From: Synergistaceae bacterium
GTDB taxonomy: Bacteria; Synergistota; Synergistia; Synergistales; Synergistaceae
Direction of reading: 5' to 3'
NCBI GenBank assembly: GCA_045642025.1
Contig: JAZUIB010000003.1
Span: 1 to 27,599, forward strand
Length of the DNA stretch: 27,599 bases
The notes beneath the pieces are model-generated. The model was not told the DNA's origin, ran no database searches, and was given only the letters and a program-made list of their open reading frames with translations. A program made the translations under genes and the position numbers. Positions 15,397 through 25,843 of this stretch are shown here, in pieces. The stretch's first letter is position 1; every line of letters begins with the position of its first letter.

Positions 15397-16091
15397 TTAC
15401 ATTTTTACACAATATGTGTATTTACCAGCATTTAAAATTTAAAATTTATAATTTATTTTTTTACAAATGCATTGCCGCTTATCTGCGACTATTCATCTAC
15501 ATAGCTTCTAGGACTTATGAATATTGCATATTTTTTCGTCAATTATATCGATTCCCTCTCTGTTATAGTAAACAGATCCCTGCAGAAGACATTTTTTCTT
15601 CAGTATATTTTGCAAAACAAATGTTTCATGTTCAATGGCAAATGTAACGTGCCTGTACAGCAACAAATATTTATTTTATACAGTCTTCGTCAAGGTTATA
15701 ATATTTTACAGTTGCTTTGAATATTCTCTCATTATTTTTCAGTTTGACACGTCTGCTGTAATTAAGATTGAGTTTCTGTTCACCAATATATACTGCAATG
15801 TATGTTTATTCAGTATTGATTGTTACATTTTCTGAAAATTTACTACTGAAATGTACAGTTGTTTTCATATTGCTTTTGAATTTTCCGTTGACCGAAAGTG
15901 CTTTTTCTGTCAGAACCTTTGAACAATGTATCTCGTTCTGGTTTTCGTAGTCCGTTAGCGGTCCTTCGGAAAGTCTGTATTCTTCTCACGTCTTAACTAA
16001 TTTTACTGGTTCGTTTTTGTGTTTCTCTCATCTTATTTGGGTCTTACAACGAGAAGACTTTTAATAGAACAATAATGCTATATAAAATTTA

Positions 16092-16119
16092 AGACAGCCT
16101 TCCGAAAGGAAGGCTGTCT
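16092..16119 (-). terminator. Perfect palindromic hairpin AGACAGCCTTCC-GAAA-GGAAGGCTGTCT immediately downstream of ntpD; intrinsic terminator of the V-ATPase operon
   Basis: 12-bp stem with a GAAA tetraloop. On the minus strand the trailing sequence TAAATTTTATA is T-rich. It lies 8 nt after the ntpD stop. Confidence 0.75.
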
Positions 16120-16126
16120 TTGTCTG

Positions 16127-16753
16127 TTAGTGGTTTCTGACGATGTCTTTGATTACCATGAGTCGGCTGAGTGTAGAGCGTTCTTGTTCTTCGAGTTTCA
16201 TCGAGATGGAATGCACCGCTTCGGTGAACTGTGGTATCATAACATGCTCTAGCGCGTTGACGCGACGTCTCGTGCGTTCGATTTCAAGAGACATCGATTT
16301 CAGTGCCTTTTCGTCTGCGGCAAGTCTGACAAGTTGCGGCATGATGGTAATAAATTGTTCAAGCGCAACATCAAAACTGCCGGGGGATATTCCAAGTCCG
16401 TAGCTGAGTTCTGTTGACTGCGGCGGAATTTCAAATACAGGCACTTTAACACTCATTATGTTTTTGTAGGTCGCATTTACCTGAAGGTTACCACCGGAAC
16501 ACATAAGGGTCTGGTCAAGGATTTCGGGAAGTGTCTGCGCGCTGGCGAGAAGGAAACCTTTGTAACAACTGCCTATCTCGTTTTCTATTTCTTTGCGCAG
16601 TTTCCAAACTGCTTTCGCGCGTTCAAGGAATTCTTTTACGAGCGCATCCTGTTTGTCTTTGAGTAGTTTGTGTCCGCGTTTAGCAACCACGAGCTTTCTC
16701 TTGATACGGGAAAGCTCCATGCGATTGGGGTTAACGTTCAGTGCCTTTACCAT
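16127..16753 (-). CDS. ntpD: V-type ATP synthase subunit D
   Basis: 208 aa. ATG with RBS AGGTGA. It is the last gene of the ntp operon. The coiled-coil-rich sequence MVKALNVNPNRMELSRIKRKL... is typical of the central-stalk D subunit. Confidence 0.9.
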   Translation of the reverse strand: MVKALNVNPNRMELSRIKRKLVVAKRGHKLLKDKQDALVKEFLERAKAVWKLRKEIENEIGSCYKGFLLASAQTLPEILDQTLMCSGGNLQVNATYKNIMSVKVPVFEIPPQSTELSYGLGISPGSFDVALEQFITIMPQLVRLAADEKALKSMSLEIERTRRRVNALEHVMIPQFTEAVHSISMKLEEQERSTLSRLMVIKDIVRNH

Positions 16754-16763
16754 TGAAGGTCAC

Positions 16764-18161
16764 CTATGCTTCTTTGTCGAGTACTGCGCCAAGCAGGTAT
16801 TTTTCGATGTATTCGTCTCTTACGCGTTTGAGTTCACGTTTCGGAACGATTGTAAGAAGCTTCCAGCCGAGTGCAAGTGTCTGTTCGATTGTTCTGTTCT
16901 CATATTCGCCCTGACGTACGTATTCATCTTCAAAGCGATCTGAGAATTTTGCAAATGCTTTGTCTTCTTCGCTGAGTGCGGATTCACCGAGGATAACCGC
17001 AAGTTCTTTTGCGTCTTTTCCGCGTGAGTAGGCAGCAAAGAGCTGATTCATAAGGTCTGCGTGGTCCTCGCGTGTTTTGCCTTTGCCTATACCTTTGTCT
17101 TTCAGTCGTGAAAGAGATGGCATAACGTCAACCGGCGGATAGATGCCTTTGAGGTGAAGTGCGCGTGAAAGGATAATCTGTCCTTCAGTTATATAGCCTG
17201 TAAGGTCAGGAATCGGATGCGTTTTGTCATCTTCAGGCATTGTAAGTATCGGAAGCTGCGTAATTGAGCCTTCTCTGCCGCTGAGTCTGCCTGCTCGTTC
17301 GTACATAGTGGCAAGGTCAGTGTAGAGGTAGCCCGGATATCCGCGGCGTCCTGGGACTTCTTTGCGTGCTGCGGAGATTTCGCGAAGAGCTTCGCAGTAG
17401 TTTGTAAGGTCTGTGAGTATGACAAGGACGTGCATACCGTGCTCAAATGCAAGGTATTCTGCGCATGTCAAGGCAAGTCTCGGCGTTGCGATACGTTCGA
17501 TTGCAGGGTCGTCCGCAAGGTTGACAAACATAACGGTGCGTTCGAGTGCGCCTGTTTTACGGAAGTCCTCCATGAAGAAGCTGGCTTCTTCGTATGTAAT
17601 ACCCATGGCTGCAAATACAACAGCAAAATTGCCCGCGCTGCCGCCGAGAACTGTTGCTTGGCGTGCAATCTGCGCTGCCATGCGGTTGTGCGGCATACCT
17701 GAGCCTGAGAATATTGGAAGTTTCTGTCCGCGAACAAGTGGGTTCATGCCGTCGATTGTTGAGATACCTGTCTGTATGAATTCTGACGGGTAGTCGCGTG
17801 AGAATGGATTCATCGGGTTTCCGTTTACATCAAGGCTTGTTTCGGCAAGTATCGGCGCACCTCCGTCAATGGGAGCGCCTCGTCCGTTGAATATGCGACC
17901 AAGCATATCTTTTGAAACAGGGAGTTTGAGAACGTCTCCAAGGAAACGTACTTTTGTTGACGCAACGTCAATGCCCGAACTGCCTTCGTAAACCTGTACG
18001 AGGGCTTTATCTCCGTCAAGTTCAAGAACTTTGCCGCGGCGCTTTTCGCCGTTTGCAAGGCGTATTTCAGCAAGTTCATCGTAGCTGACGTCTCCGACGC
18101 GTTCAACCATCATAAGAGGGCCGGAAAGGTTGGAAACGGTTTTATACTCCTTAGGCAACAT
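16764..18161 (-). CDS. ntpB: V-type ATP synthase subunit B (regulatory)
   Basis: The ORF-track GTG at 18170 is unlikely. ATG at 18161 has RBS GGAGGTGA at 5 nt and gives [20 protein letters not shown]..., matching the NtpB N-terminus. It overlaps the ntpA stop. Confidence 0.95.
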   Translation of the reverse strand: MLPKEYKTVSNLSGPLMMVERVGDVSYDELAEIRLANGEKRRGKVLELDGDKALVQVYEGSSGIDVASTKVRFLGDVLKLPVSKDMLGRIFNGRGAPIDGGAPILAETSLDVNGNPMNPFSRDYPSEFIQTGISTIDGMNPLVRGQKLPIFSGSGMPHNRMAAQIARQATVLGGSAGNFAVVFAAMGITYEEASFFMEDFRKTGALERTVMFVNLADDPAIERIATPRLALTCAEYLAFEHGMHVLVILTDLTNYCEALREISAARKEVPGRRGYPGYLYTDLATMYERAGRLSGREGSITQLPILTMPEDDKTHPIPDLTGYITEGQIILSRALHLKGIYPPVDVMPSLSRLKDKGIGKGKTREDHADLMNQLFAAYSRGKDAKELAVILGESALSEEDKAFAKFSDRFEDEYVRQGEYENRTIEQTLALGWKLLTIVPKRELKRVRDEYIEKYLLGAVLDKEA

Positions 18162-19944
18162 TTGTATCACCTCCGGTTGTTACTTTGCCAATCGCACGTT
18201 TGATTTCATCTTCAAGCTGATCGAGTTTTTCAAGTTCTGTTTCGAGCGTGTAACGCATACGGGCAATCTGGTCGCGAACGTCAAGTTCAGTTACCGCTGT
18301 AAGCTGCGCGCCGCGTTTGAGTGCCTGCATTGCAAGATGATGGAACGTGAGGATGTTTCTGAGCATCTTGAACTGTTTGTCCATTGACGCATAGGTGTCA
18401 ATTTCATGGAAGGAATTCTGATGCAGAAAGTCTTCGCGTATTGATTTTGAGGTTTCAAGCACCATGCGTTCTTCTTTTGAAAGAGCGTCTATACCGACAA
18501 GACGCACGATTTCGTTAAGTTTGTCTTCGTCTTCGAGAAGTCCCATGGCTTCAGTGCGCGCCGTGCTCCATTCGCCGTCATAGATTGCATCCCAGTATTC
18601 GCCAAGTGTCTGAGCATAGAGCGAATAGCTCGTGAGCCAGTTAACTGCCGGGAAATGGCGCTGATATGCAAGCGCTGAATCAAGTCCCCAGAAAACTTTG
18701 GTAACGCGGAAGGTGTTCTGTGTGACAGGTTCTGAAAGGTCACCGCCCGGAGGTGAAACTGCGCCGATAACAGAAACAGCACCTTCTCTGCCGTCTTTTC
18801 CAAGGCAGATTGCACGGCCTGCGCGTTCGTAGAAGGATGCAAGTCGCGTACCGAGGTATGCAGGGTATCCTTCTTCACCGGGCATTTCTTCGAGTCGTCC
18901 TGACATTTCGCGAAGCGCTTCCGCCCAGCGTGAGGTTGAGTCTGCCATGAGAGCGACTGAGTAACCCATGTCGCGGAAATATTCTGCGATTGTGATGCCT
19001 GTATAAACGGAAGCTTCACGGGCTGCAACCGGCATATTGGACGTGTTTGCTATAAGAAGTGTACGTTTCATAAGCGGTTGCCCCGAGTTCGGGTCAATGA
19101 GTTCGGGGAACTCGCGAAGAACGTCGGTCATTTCATTGCCGCGTTCGCCGCAGCCGATATAAACAACGATTTCGGCATTTGCCCATTTTGCAAGCTGGTG
19201 CTGAATAACTGTTTTGCCGCTTCCAAAAGGCCCAGGAACACAAGCTGTGCCTCCGCGGGCGATAGGGAAGAACATGTCAACAACGCGCTGACCTGTTGTA
19301 AGAGGAATTTCAGGAGCAAGGCGTTTTACAACGGGACGCGCTTTACGCACAGGCCATCTCTGGAGCATAGCGACGTCATGGTCTGTGCCTTTTTCGTCTG
19401 TGATAACGGCGATTGTTTCTTCAACGTTGAAGTCGCCGCTTTTTATTTCTTTGACTTTTCCTTTGAGTCCGACAGGAACCATAACCTTGTGGTCAACAAG
19501 GATTGTTTCCTTTACGATGCCGAGGAAGTCACCCTCTGCCACTTCATCGCCTGCTTTGACAAGCGGTTTGAAGTCCCAGCGTTTTTCACGGTCGATTGCT
19601 GGAACACTGATGCCGCGAAGGATATACGGTGACTTTGCGGCACGTTCAATGCTTTCGAGTGGACGCTGAATTCCGTCGTAGAACTGTTCAATAAGACCGG
19701 GCGCCAGCTCAACGCTGAGCGGCTGACCGGTTGAAACTACAGGCTCACCTGTTGCAAGACCTGACGTTTCTTCATAAACCTGAAGCGACGCTGTGTCGCC
19801 TTTAAGCTCGATAATTTCACCAACAAGCTCTGCTTTGCCGACCTTGCAGACGTCAGACATGCTTGCGCCTGTCATGCCGCTTGCAATAACAAGAGGGCCT
19901 GATATTTTTGAAATATATCCTGTAATGTTTTTAGGAGCAGCCAT
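18151..19944 (-). CDS. ntpA: V-type ATP synthase catalytic subunit A
   Basis: 597 aa with no intein. The P-loop GPFGSGKT is present. The N-terminus [19 protein letters not shown] is typical of the A subunit. Confidence 0.95.
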   Translation of the reverse strand: MAAPKNITGYISKISGPLVIASGMTGASMSDVCKVGKAELVGEIIELKGDTASLQVYEETSGLATGEPVVSTGQPLSVELAPGLIEQFYDGIQRPLESIERAAKSPYILRGISVPAIDREKRWDFKPLVKAGDEVAEGDFLGIVKETILVDHKVMVPVGLKGKVKEIKSGDFNVEETIAVITDEKGTDHDVAMLQRWPVRKARPVVKRLAPEIPLTTGQRVVDMFFPIARGGTACVPGPFGSGKTVIQHQLAKWANAEIVVYIGCGERGNEMTDVLREFPELIDPNSGQPLMKRTLLIANTSNMPVAAREASVYTGITIAEYFRDMGYSVALMADSTSRWAEALREMSGRLEEMPGEEGYPAYLGTRLASFYERAGRAICLGKDGREGAVSVIGAVSPPGGDLSEPVTQNTFRVTKVFWGLDSALAYQRHFPAVNWLTSYSLYAQTLGEYWDAIYDGEWSTARTEAMGLLEDEDKLNEIVRLVGIDALSKEERMVLETSKSIREDFLHQNSFHEIDTYASMDKQFKMLRNILTFHHLAMQALKRGAQLTAVTELDVRDQIARMRYTLETELEKLDQLEDEIKRAIGKVTTGGDTNVA

Positions 19945-19967
19945 ATATTTCGCCTTCCCTTTCTCTG

Positions 19968-20303
19968 CTAATTGTCGCCAAAGATGTCCATGCCGACCGC
20001 GCGTTCGACGGTTTTTCGAATCGCTTCAAGTCCTATTCCCATGGAGCCGCTTTGGTTTGGTACAGGTATAATGCACATATCTGAAGTGCTGTCTATATCT
20101 TTGATGATGTCCGTGTTTGTGGCATAAACTGCTTCTTCGACAAATACAGCCACATAGCGTTCTCCCGAAAAATTCGTGAGGATACCATAGAGTGAGCTTT
20201 TGTTTTCCTCTGTAATGACAACTGTGTCAAGTCCGATTGCTTTGAACGGAAGCACGCTGTCGTAGCTGCCTATTGCAGCCATTTTTGACGTATTATCCGG
20301 CAT
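19968..20303 (-). CDS. ntpG: V-type ATP synthase subunit F
   Basis: 111 aa. ATG with RBS GGAGG at 9 nt. The motif [19 protein letters not shown] is the F-subunit signature. It sits between ntpC and ntpA as in E. hirae. Confidence 0.85.
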   Translation of the reverse strand: MPDNTSKMAAIGSYDSVLPFKAIGLDTVVITEENKSSLYGILTNFSGERYVAVFVEEAVYATNTDIIKDIDSTSDMCIIPVPNQSGSMGIGLEAIRKTVERAVGMDIFGDN

Positions 20304-21306
20304 TGCGCAGCAACCTCCTTACTTGACTGTTGTCTTTTCCGTCTTTCGAAACTAAAATCATGCGGATATTTTTGATTTCTGTTTCCTTTTTCAGAAGGTA
20401 AGCTAGTACGTTCTCCGCAGCAGGCGCACCTTTGCAGGTTTTTGCCAACTGTTCAATGCAGAATTCGTCGAGTGCCTTTTCCAAACCAAGGATAAGTTCG
20501 GAGAAGTTGTCTGAAGCATCAATTTTTCCAAGCACTGTACCGAGGTCAGAGAAAACAAGCGCTCTTGACCAGCTTTCAAACGGCTCTGCTATAAGTGCCG
20601 CAAGCTGCTGTACTGAGATATTTCCACCTTCGTAGAGGAACGGCAGCGCGCGTGCAGCATCGTAGCCAAAGCGTTTAAGCCTAAGCAGCGAACGAATGTT
20701 TTCACCATCGATTTTTGCTCGCACCCAAGCGATTATGCCGGGCATTTCAAGTTCGCGCGCCAGCCAAAGCATCGCAGCAAACAGCCCTTTGTCAAGCAAA
20801 CGTTCAACCTCAAGAATATCATGATTTTGTTCCCAAAGAGCAACAATCTGCGGAACAAGAAGATTGAGACCGTACGGCAGCAGTGCGTATTCTTCTGTCT
20901 CAATTTTTGAAACAAGTTCGTCAACCGGATAGGAAGCAAGAGAGGTGAGCAGATCAAGTCTCTGTTTTCCGCCCTCTTTTTTGTTAAATCCGCTTTTGAG
21001 CATGACCTTAACGTTATGGAAATCATACTGCAGTCTGAGGATGTTTACAAGCTCTTTGTCCGGTACAAATGAACGAAGTTCTTCATAGGTAGCAAGCAGG
21101 TCGGCTTCAAGCGCTTTTTCGTAATTTATTACTCCGCCTGACTGAGCCGCCAGCGACGCGGAATAGGAAGTCTCTTCAAGTACCTTGAGTGTCGCCTGAA
21201 TATCTTCCGCATCAAGCATTCGCTGTATTACTGCGGCGTCAAGAAGACGAAGCTCCATTGCACGAATGCGTGCCGAGCAGTAGCCGTAAGCTTCCTGACG
21301 TGACAT
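20293..21306 (-). CDS. ntpC: V-type ATP synthase subunit C (d-subunit homolog, rotor/stator coupling)
   Basis: 337 aa. ATG with RBS GGAGGTG at 6 nt. It overlaps the ntpG start by 11 nt. Confidence 0.9.
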   Translation of the reverse strand: MSRQEAYGYCSARIRAMELRLLDAAVIQRMLDAEDIQATLKVLEETSYSASLAAQSGGVINYEKALEADLLATYEELRSFVPDKELVNILRLQYDFHNVKVMLKSGFNKKEGGKQRLDLLTSLASYPVDELVSKIETEEYALLPYGLNLLVPQIVALWEQNHDILEVERLLDKGLFAAMLWLARELEMPGIIAWVRAKIDGENIRSLLRLKRFGYDAARALPFLYEGGNISVQQLAALIAEPFESWSRALVFSDLGTVLGKIDASDNFSELILGLEKALDEFCIEQLAKTCKGAPAAENVLAYLLKKETEIKNIRMILVSKDGKDNSQVRRLLRNAG

Positions 21307-21317
21307 TAAAGCACCTC

Positions 21318-21899
21318 CTATGCCGTCGGGAAAAGACGTTTAATAACGTCGGTTTCCTTCTGTTCCTGTGCGACCTGAAGAAGCATATCCCATGAGCAGT
21401 TGGCAATTATTTTGTCATGCTCAAGGATAAAACCTCCGCTGATGTCTGCTTTGTCTTCTGAAAGCACAAGAGCTGCGCCCGCTTTTTTGTTGTAGGCATC
21501 AACCCATGCTTTGTCAATGTATTTTTCGTCTGCGGAAAGCTGAAGTTCTCCTTCTTTTGCGCCGAGTTCGTCAAGCAGTCTCTCACAGAAGTCAAGATAA
21601 TCGTCCTTCGAAAGATTGCTGAGTTGTTCAAGCGCTGCTTTATAAACGTCAGCTATAAGATTGCGTTTTGCCTGAAGCTGCATTTTGTTAATGTCAAGTC
21701 CGGCAACAATCTCCCTGCGACGGAAAATTTCAGGACGCTCAGCGTCAAAGCGCGCCTTGAAATCAGCACGGATGCTTTCACATTCGGCTTCTGATTTCTT
21801 CAGTTGCACAGCTGAGTCTTCTCTTGCTTCCGCAAGAATCTTGTCAGCTTCGCCCTGCGCGTCCTTTTTGATTTTTTCCGTAATCTGAGCCAAAGACAT
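21318..21899 (-). CDS. ntpE: V-type ATP synthase subunit E (peripheral stalk)
   Basis: 193 aa. The N-terminal half is charged and helical (MSLAQITEKIKKDAQGEADKILAEA...). Confidence 0.85.
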   Translation of the reverse strand: MSLAQITEKIKKDAQGEADKILAEAREDSAVQLKKSEAECESIRADFKARFDAERPEIFRRREIVAGLDINKMQLQAKRNLIADVYKAALEQLSNLSKDDYLDFCERLLDELGAKEGELQLSADEKYIDKAWVDAYNKKAGAALVLSEDKADISGGFILEHDKIIANCSWDMLLQVAQEQKETDVIKRLFPTA

Positions 21900-21912
21900 A
21901 GTCTTTACCCGA

Positions 21913-22410
21913 TTAGAATTTACCGATACCGGTCAGCATAAGAATACTGACAAGAAGTCCGAAAACGGCGTAGGTTTCGCACATGGCGGGAAGGATGACC
22001 GCTTTACCGATTTCTTCCGGAGGTTTTGAAATCATAAGGATTGATGCTGCAGATGATTTGCCCTGCCAAATGGCTGAATAGAAGCCAACAATTGCGATAG
22101 GAAGGCATGACAGTCCAATTCCGAGACCTTTCCAAAGTCCGCAAAGCTCGCCGGCGCCGAGAAGTCCCGCATTCTGAAGAGCGAGAACCGCAACGAGAAG
22201 TCCATAGATACCCTGTGTGCCTGGGAGTGCAAGAAGAACGAGTGCGTAACCAAATTTCTTCGGGTCCTCAGTCATAATTCCTGCTGCCGCCTCATTTGCA
22301 AGGCCTATGCCCCATGCAGAGCCTGCGCCTGCAAAACCTACTGCCAAAGCTGCGCCTAATACTGCAAGAACAGGACCCAACTGCTGTGTCATTGCTGAAA
22401 TAACGTCCAT
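21913..22410 (-). CDS. ntpK: V-type ATP synthase subunit K (16-kDa proteolipid, 4 TM)
   Basis: 165 aa, Gly/Ala-rich with four helices. RBS GGAGGT at 7 nt. The segments PGTQGIYG ... IWQGK ... AMCETYA correspond to the E. hirae NtpK ion-binding residues. Confidence 0.9.
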   Translation of the reverse strand: MDVISAMTQQLGPVLAVLGAALAVGFAGAGSAWGIGLANEAAAGIMTEDPKKFGYALVLLALPGTQGIYGLLVAVLALQNAGLLGAGELCGLWKGLGIGLSCLPIAIVGFYSAIWQGKSSAASILMISKPPEEIGKAVILPAMCETYAVFGLLVSILMLTGIGKF

Positions 22411-22476
22411 AAGATTACCTCCGTTGTTGTGATTTGAATTTGATTTTATGTTAATTATGAAACTTGTGCGCTTTGA

Positions 22477-24477
22477 TTAGCCGCTGATTTTAGCGAACTG
22501 TGTTTCGTTTCTGAGCGGTTTAAAATCTGTACCGTTTGCGTCGTAGAATTTTCCGAAAAATTCAACATACTGCAGACGAAGCGGATGTATAAATGCGCCA
22601 AGAAGGTTGACCGCTATGCTGAAGCCGTGTCCGAAAATGAACAGCGCTATTGCAAGCGGAATGCCTATAAACCTCATAGGTGCTATCAAATTGCAAAGCA
22701 GATTGATAACAAGACCAACCGCCGCAGAGCCCAGCCCAAGCGCAAGAAGTCTGCTGTAGCTGAGAACATCTCCAAGATAGCCGGTAACATCGTAAAGGCT
22801 CATGATACCTGAAAATGCCTTTCCGAAAATTGTCGGTTTTGACCTTCCCTGTGTACAGACAAGAAGCAGCGCGCCGCCGATTGCGAGAATTTTTGACACA
22901 AGCGAAAGCGACGCGGGGAGTTTTCCTGACATTGTAAGACCTGTCATAACAAGCCCTACAAGGAAAAGTATCCAGCCCCCCTGGTCTGCGACAGCGGCAA
23001 ATTTGTCGCCGTTTTTCCAGTTCATGAAGAATGCCAAGCATACGCCAAAAATGACCTGAACGAAACCAAGAATGAGCGATATTGTAAGAAGTGTCATCGG
23101 GTCATTCATAGGGTCAAGCAACTGGCATTTTTTCGCAAGCGGCACTATAGGTTTCATAAAACCGAACGCTGTTATCGCGTCTCCGAAGAAAGAACCGGAT
23201 ATGACACCAAAAATTACCGTGCATATCATGCCGACAAAGAGCATAATGAAGAATTTGCGAAGTGTCGGCGAAAGTTTGTAGCGAACAAGATAATAACCGA
23301 AGAAGGCGGACAAAATGAGCCCGTATCCTGCGTCACCGAAGCACATACCAAGGAACAGGAAGAAGAAAGGCGCCATAACTGTAGTGGGGTCTACAGCGCC
23401 GTAGGTGGGTGTTCCGTACATAAGCGTAAGAGGCTCAAGAGAATTCGACCAGCCTGGGTTTTTGAGCAGTGTCGGAGCGTTTTCACCCTCATCAGGCTCA
23501 ATTTCGGCAAAGTCTGTGGCAGCTTCGTATTCTTTGAACAGAACTTCAACCTCGGCAAAGCGTTCCCTTGGAATCCAGAGATCCCAAATAAGTACGTTAT
23601 CCGTAGGTTCGCCTTCAAGCGCCGCAACAGCCCTGTCGCGAAGAATAGTCAGGTGGTCGCAGTTAAGACGCGCGTGGGCAAGATATTCGTCTGCCCTTTC
23701 AGTAAGTTCTTCCTGAATTTTTGCATCTTTCTTCTCAAGCACTGTGATTTCCGCTTCAATCTTCGCTTTTTCAACAAGTGCCTCACTCTTGAATTCGCGG
23801 GCAACTTCAACTTTTGTAAGACCAAATTCAGAAGCGGTATCACGCAGCTTTTCTGCGTCACTCTGTCTGCAGAGCACAGTGCAAAGACACGCGGCTTCTT
23901 TCACGTCTCCCGCATAATGCTTAAATTCGACTAAACTGCCGAATTCCGCATTCAGTTTCTCTTCCAAGGCACCGACAACATTTGCCGGAACAGCATAGAT
24001 ACTTCCGGTGATTTCTTCAGTTCCCGCCGTAAAAAGTTCAAGCGGATATTCAATTTTTTCCAGCGCGGAAAGCTGTACGACCTGAGCTTTCAGCTTTGCA
24101 AGTTCTGAACGCAGTTCCGTGCTTTCTTTTTCTTTTTGGCGCAGCCATGCAACCTGCGACACAAATTTGTGCTGATTTGTCTTTTCAGAAAGTTCGCCAA
24201 GCGTCATCTGCGGAATGTCTCCGAGCATTTTTGCCATACCGCCCGTTTTGTTCTGTTCGAACGGTTCGAGTACTCTGCATACGAATTTCGCATCGGCAAG
24301 AGTTTCTTCTGTCAGTTTCAACTTCGTACGAAGCGCTTTAGCAATGTCACCGTCTTTAAGTTCGCCTGATTTTGAAACAAACTGACAGCAGCCTAAATTC
24401 TGAATTTTCTGGGACAACTCGGCAGCTACTGATTTGTGCACGGCAGCCCTAGCCTTGCACATTCTAGCGAGTGCCAT
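22477..24477 (-). CDS. ntpI: V-type ATP synthase subunit I (a-subunit, membrane stator)
   Basis: 666 aa. The N-terminal half is a hydrophilic coiled coil and the C-terminal half is polytopic membrane. RBS AGAGGTGA at 9 nt. It overlaps the upstream gene by 14 nt. Confidence 0.95.
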   Translation of the reverse strand: MALARMCKARAAVHKSVAAELSQKIQNLGCCQFVSKSGELKDGDIAKALRTKLKLTEETLADAKFVCRVLEPFEQNKTGGMAKMLGDIPQMTLGELSEKTNQHKFVSQVAWLRQKEKESTELRSELAKLKAQVVQLSALEKIEYPLELFTAGTEEITGSIYAVPANVVGALEEKLNAEFGSLVEFKHYAGDVKEAACLCTVLCRQSDAEKLRDTASEFGLTKVEVAREFKSEALVEKAKIEAEITVLEKKDAKIQEELTERADEYLAHARLNCDHLTILRDRAVAALEGEPTDNVLIWDLWIPRERFAEVEVLFKEYEAATDFAEIEPDEGENAPTLLKNPGWSNSLEPLTLMYGTPTYGAVDPTTVMAPFFFLFLGMCFGDAGYGLILSAFFGYYLVRYKLSPTLRKFFIMLFVGMICTVIFGVISGSFFGDAITAFGFMKPIVPLAKKCQLLDPMNDPMTLLTISLILGFVQVIFGVCLAFFMNWKNGDKFAAVADQGGWILFLVGLVMTGLTMSGKLPASLSLVSKILAIGGALLLVCTQGRSKPTIFGKAFSGIMSLYDVTGYLGDVLSYSRLLALGLGSAAVGLVINLLCNLIAPMRFIGIPLAIALFIFGHGFSIAVNLLGAFIHPLRLQYVEFFGKFYDANGTDFKPLRNETQFAKISG

Positions 24478-24793
24478 ACGTTGTTATCACCTCTTTGACC
24501 AGCCAGTCAGCTGCTGCCTTGACTGACGCTTTTTCTTTCTCATAGAAGGCATCTGCTTCTTCTTTGCCTTTTTTGAGAAGTTCGACTGCCTTGTCTTCAG
24601 CCTCTTTTTCGGCTGCCGCTATTGATTCACGCCACTGCCTGTGACATTCCTGCTTTGTTTTTTTCAAAGCCTGTTCCGAATCAACCTGTGCGGCAGCAAG
24701 CATTTTACCGGCTTCCGCTTTGGCATCAGCAACGATTTTCTTCGCTGCCTCTTCAAAATCTCTGATTTCCTGCGCCATATTCTCCGCCAACAT
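24464..24793 (-). CDS. ntpF: V-type ATP synthase small peripheral-stalk subunit (NtpF/subunit G-H-like)
   Basis: The ORF-track start is GTG at 24802. ATG at 24793 is preceded by AAGGGTGGTGA. The sequence is Ala/Glu/Lys-rich and helical (MLAENMAQEIRDFEEAAKKIVADAKAEA...). It is the first gene of the operon. Confidence 0.8.
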   Translation of the reverse strand: MLAENMAQEIRDFEEAAKKIVADAKAEAGKMLAAAQVDSEQALKKTKQECHRQWRESIAAAEKEAEDKAVELLKKGKEEADAFYEKEKASVKAAADWLVKEVITTYGTR

Positions 24794-24802
24794 ATTCACC
24801 AC

Positions 24803-25087
24803 CCTTCACAGTACAAAAAGTTTTACATCTTATACAATGGCATATTTTTCGATATTACCGACAACAGATTTGTATATACAGCAATAAAAACAAACTCATT
24901 CCGACATGTTTCACTCTTCACACTTCAATGCAACAAAAATAGTACAAAAGACAATTCCTATCCACAATCATTATACACTAAAAATATGACAATTGGGATA
25001 AATACGGTAAAATTTCTGCTAAAATTTTGTTACAAATAATATTCTTTTTTATATAATTAGCACATAAAGTTTACATGAGGTGATTAT
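24803..25087. promoter_or_regulatory. AT-rich divergent intergenic region holding the promoter for the ntp operon (minus) and for the flavin reductase gene (plus; candidate -35 TTGTTA 25027-25032, -10 TATATA/TATAAT 25050-25057)
   Basis: 285 bp with no ORF, flanked by divergent genes. The + strand reads TTGTTAcaaataatattctttttTATATAAT about 30 nt upstream of RBS GAGGTGA. Confidence 0.4.
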
Positions 25088-25645
25088 ATGAAACAGACTT
25101 GGAAACCTGGTACACTTTTATATCCGCTGCCTGCAGTGCTTGTTTCTTGCGGCACGACCGAAGAACCAAACGCAATGACAGCGGCATGGACAGGCACTAT
25201 TTGCTCAGATCCTGTTATGGTTTACATTTCACTAAGACCCGAACGTTATTCTTATGGGATTATTGAAAAAAGCGGTGAATTTGTGATTAATCTGACAACA
25301 GAAAAACTTGCCAAAGCGACAGACTGGTGCGGGGTTAAATCAGGTCGTGACGGAAACAAATTCGTCCAAATGCACCTTACGCCCGAAACCTCATCTCAGC
25401 TTTCAGCACCACTGATCAAAGAAAGTCCTGTCAATATCGAATGCAAGGTTGAAAAAATAATTCCTCTCGGAAGCCACTCAATGTTTATTGGGCGCACGCT
25501 GGCCGTTGACGTTGAGGAAACACTATTGGATTCAAAAGGCAGGCTGCAGCTTGAAAAAGCCCATCTCCTTGCATACAGTCACGGTGAATATTTTGCACTC
25601 GGGAGAAAACTTGGAACTTTCGGCTGGACAGTTCGCAAAAAATAA
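25088..25645 (+). CDS. Flavin reductase-like domain protein (NAD(P)H:FMN oxidoreductase / flavoredoxin family)
   Basis: 185 aa. ATG with RBS GAGGTGA. The N-terminus PLPAVLVSCGTTEEPNAMTAAWTGTICSDPVMVYISLRP and overall size fit the Flavin_Reduct fold. Confidence 0.8.
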   Translation: MKQTWKPGTLLYPLPAVLVSCGTTEEPNAMTAAWTGTICSDPVMVYISLRPERYSYGIIEKSGEFVINLTTEKLAKATDWCGVKSGRDGNKFVQMHLTPETSSQLSAPLIKESPVNIECKVEKIIPLGSHSMFIGRTLAVDVEETLLDSKGRLQLEKAHLLAYSHGEYFALGRKLGTFGWTVRKK

Positions 25646-25686
25646 TATTTAATAATTACAGGACAAATTGAAGGAGGAGTTTCCTG

Positions 25687-25830
25687 ATGCTGGTATGTGC
25701 CCTTTGCGGAAAAGTTCTGAAAGAATGCTGCGACATATTTTATGAAGCAGAAGACGAAAACGGCAAGTCCGTAGTAGTATGCGGCGAATGTGCTGCAGAA
25801 CACAATCTTGAATTTGAGGATGACGAATAA
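25687..25830 (+). CDS. Unannotated 47-aa Cys4 mini-protein (CALCG-x25-CGEC), zinc-ribbon/rubredoxin-like, acidic
   Basis: Not in the ORF track (under 60 aa). ATG has RBS GGAGGAG at 7 nt. It translates to MLVCALCGKVLKECCDIFYEAEDENGKSVVVCGECAAEHNLEFEDDE. Terminator 25844..25877 follows directly. Confidence 0.6.
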   Translation: MLVCALCGKVLKECCDIFYEAEDENGKSVVVCGECAAEHNLEFEDDE

Positions 25831-25843
25831 TTAAACAATGCGA

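Noticed and set aside
15387-15950. Four overlapping + ORFs (60-86 aa) in the AT-rich spacer
   Set aside because: They have Phe/Ile/Tyr/Asn-rich translations typical of AT-rich non-coding DNA, TTG or no plausible starts, and no RBS. The region is treated as intergenic.
18151-19944. Intein in the V-ATPase A subunit
   Set aside because: At 597 aa it has normal length with a contiguous P-loop region. No insertion is present.
16143-23934. Numerous 60-190-aa ORFs on either strand inside the ntp operon (e.g. 17413..17793, 18489..19028, 19078..19632, 22562..23041)
   Set aside because: All are antisense or out-of-frame shadows of the high-confidence V-ATPase genes.
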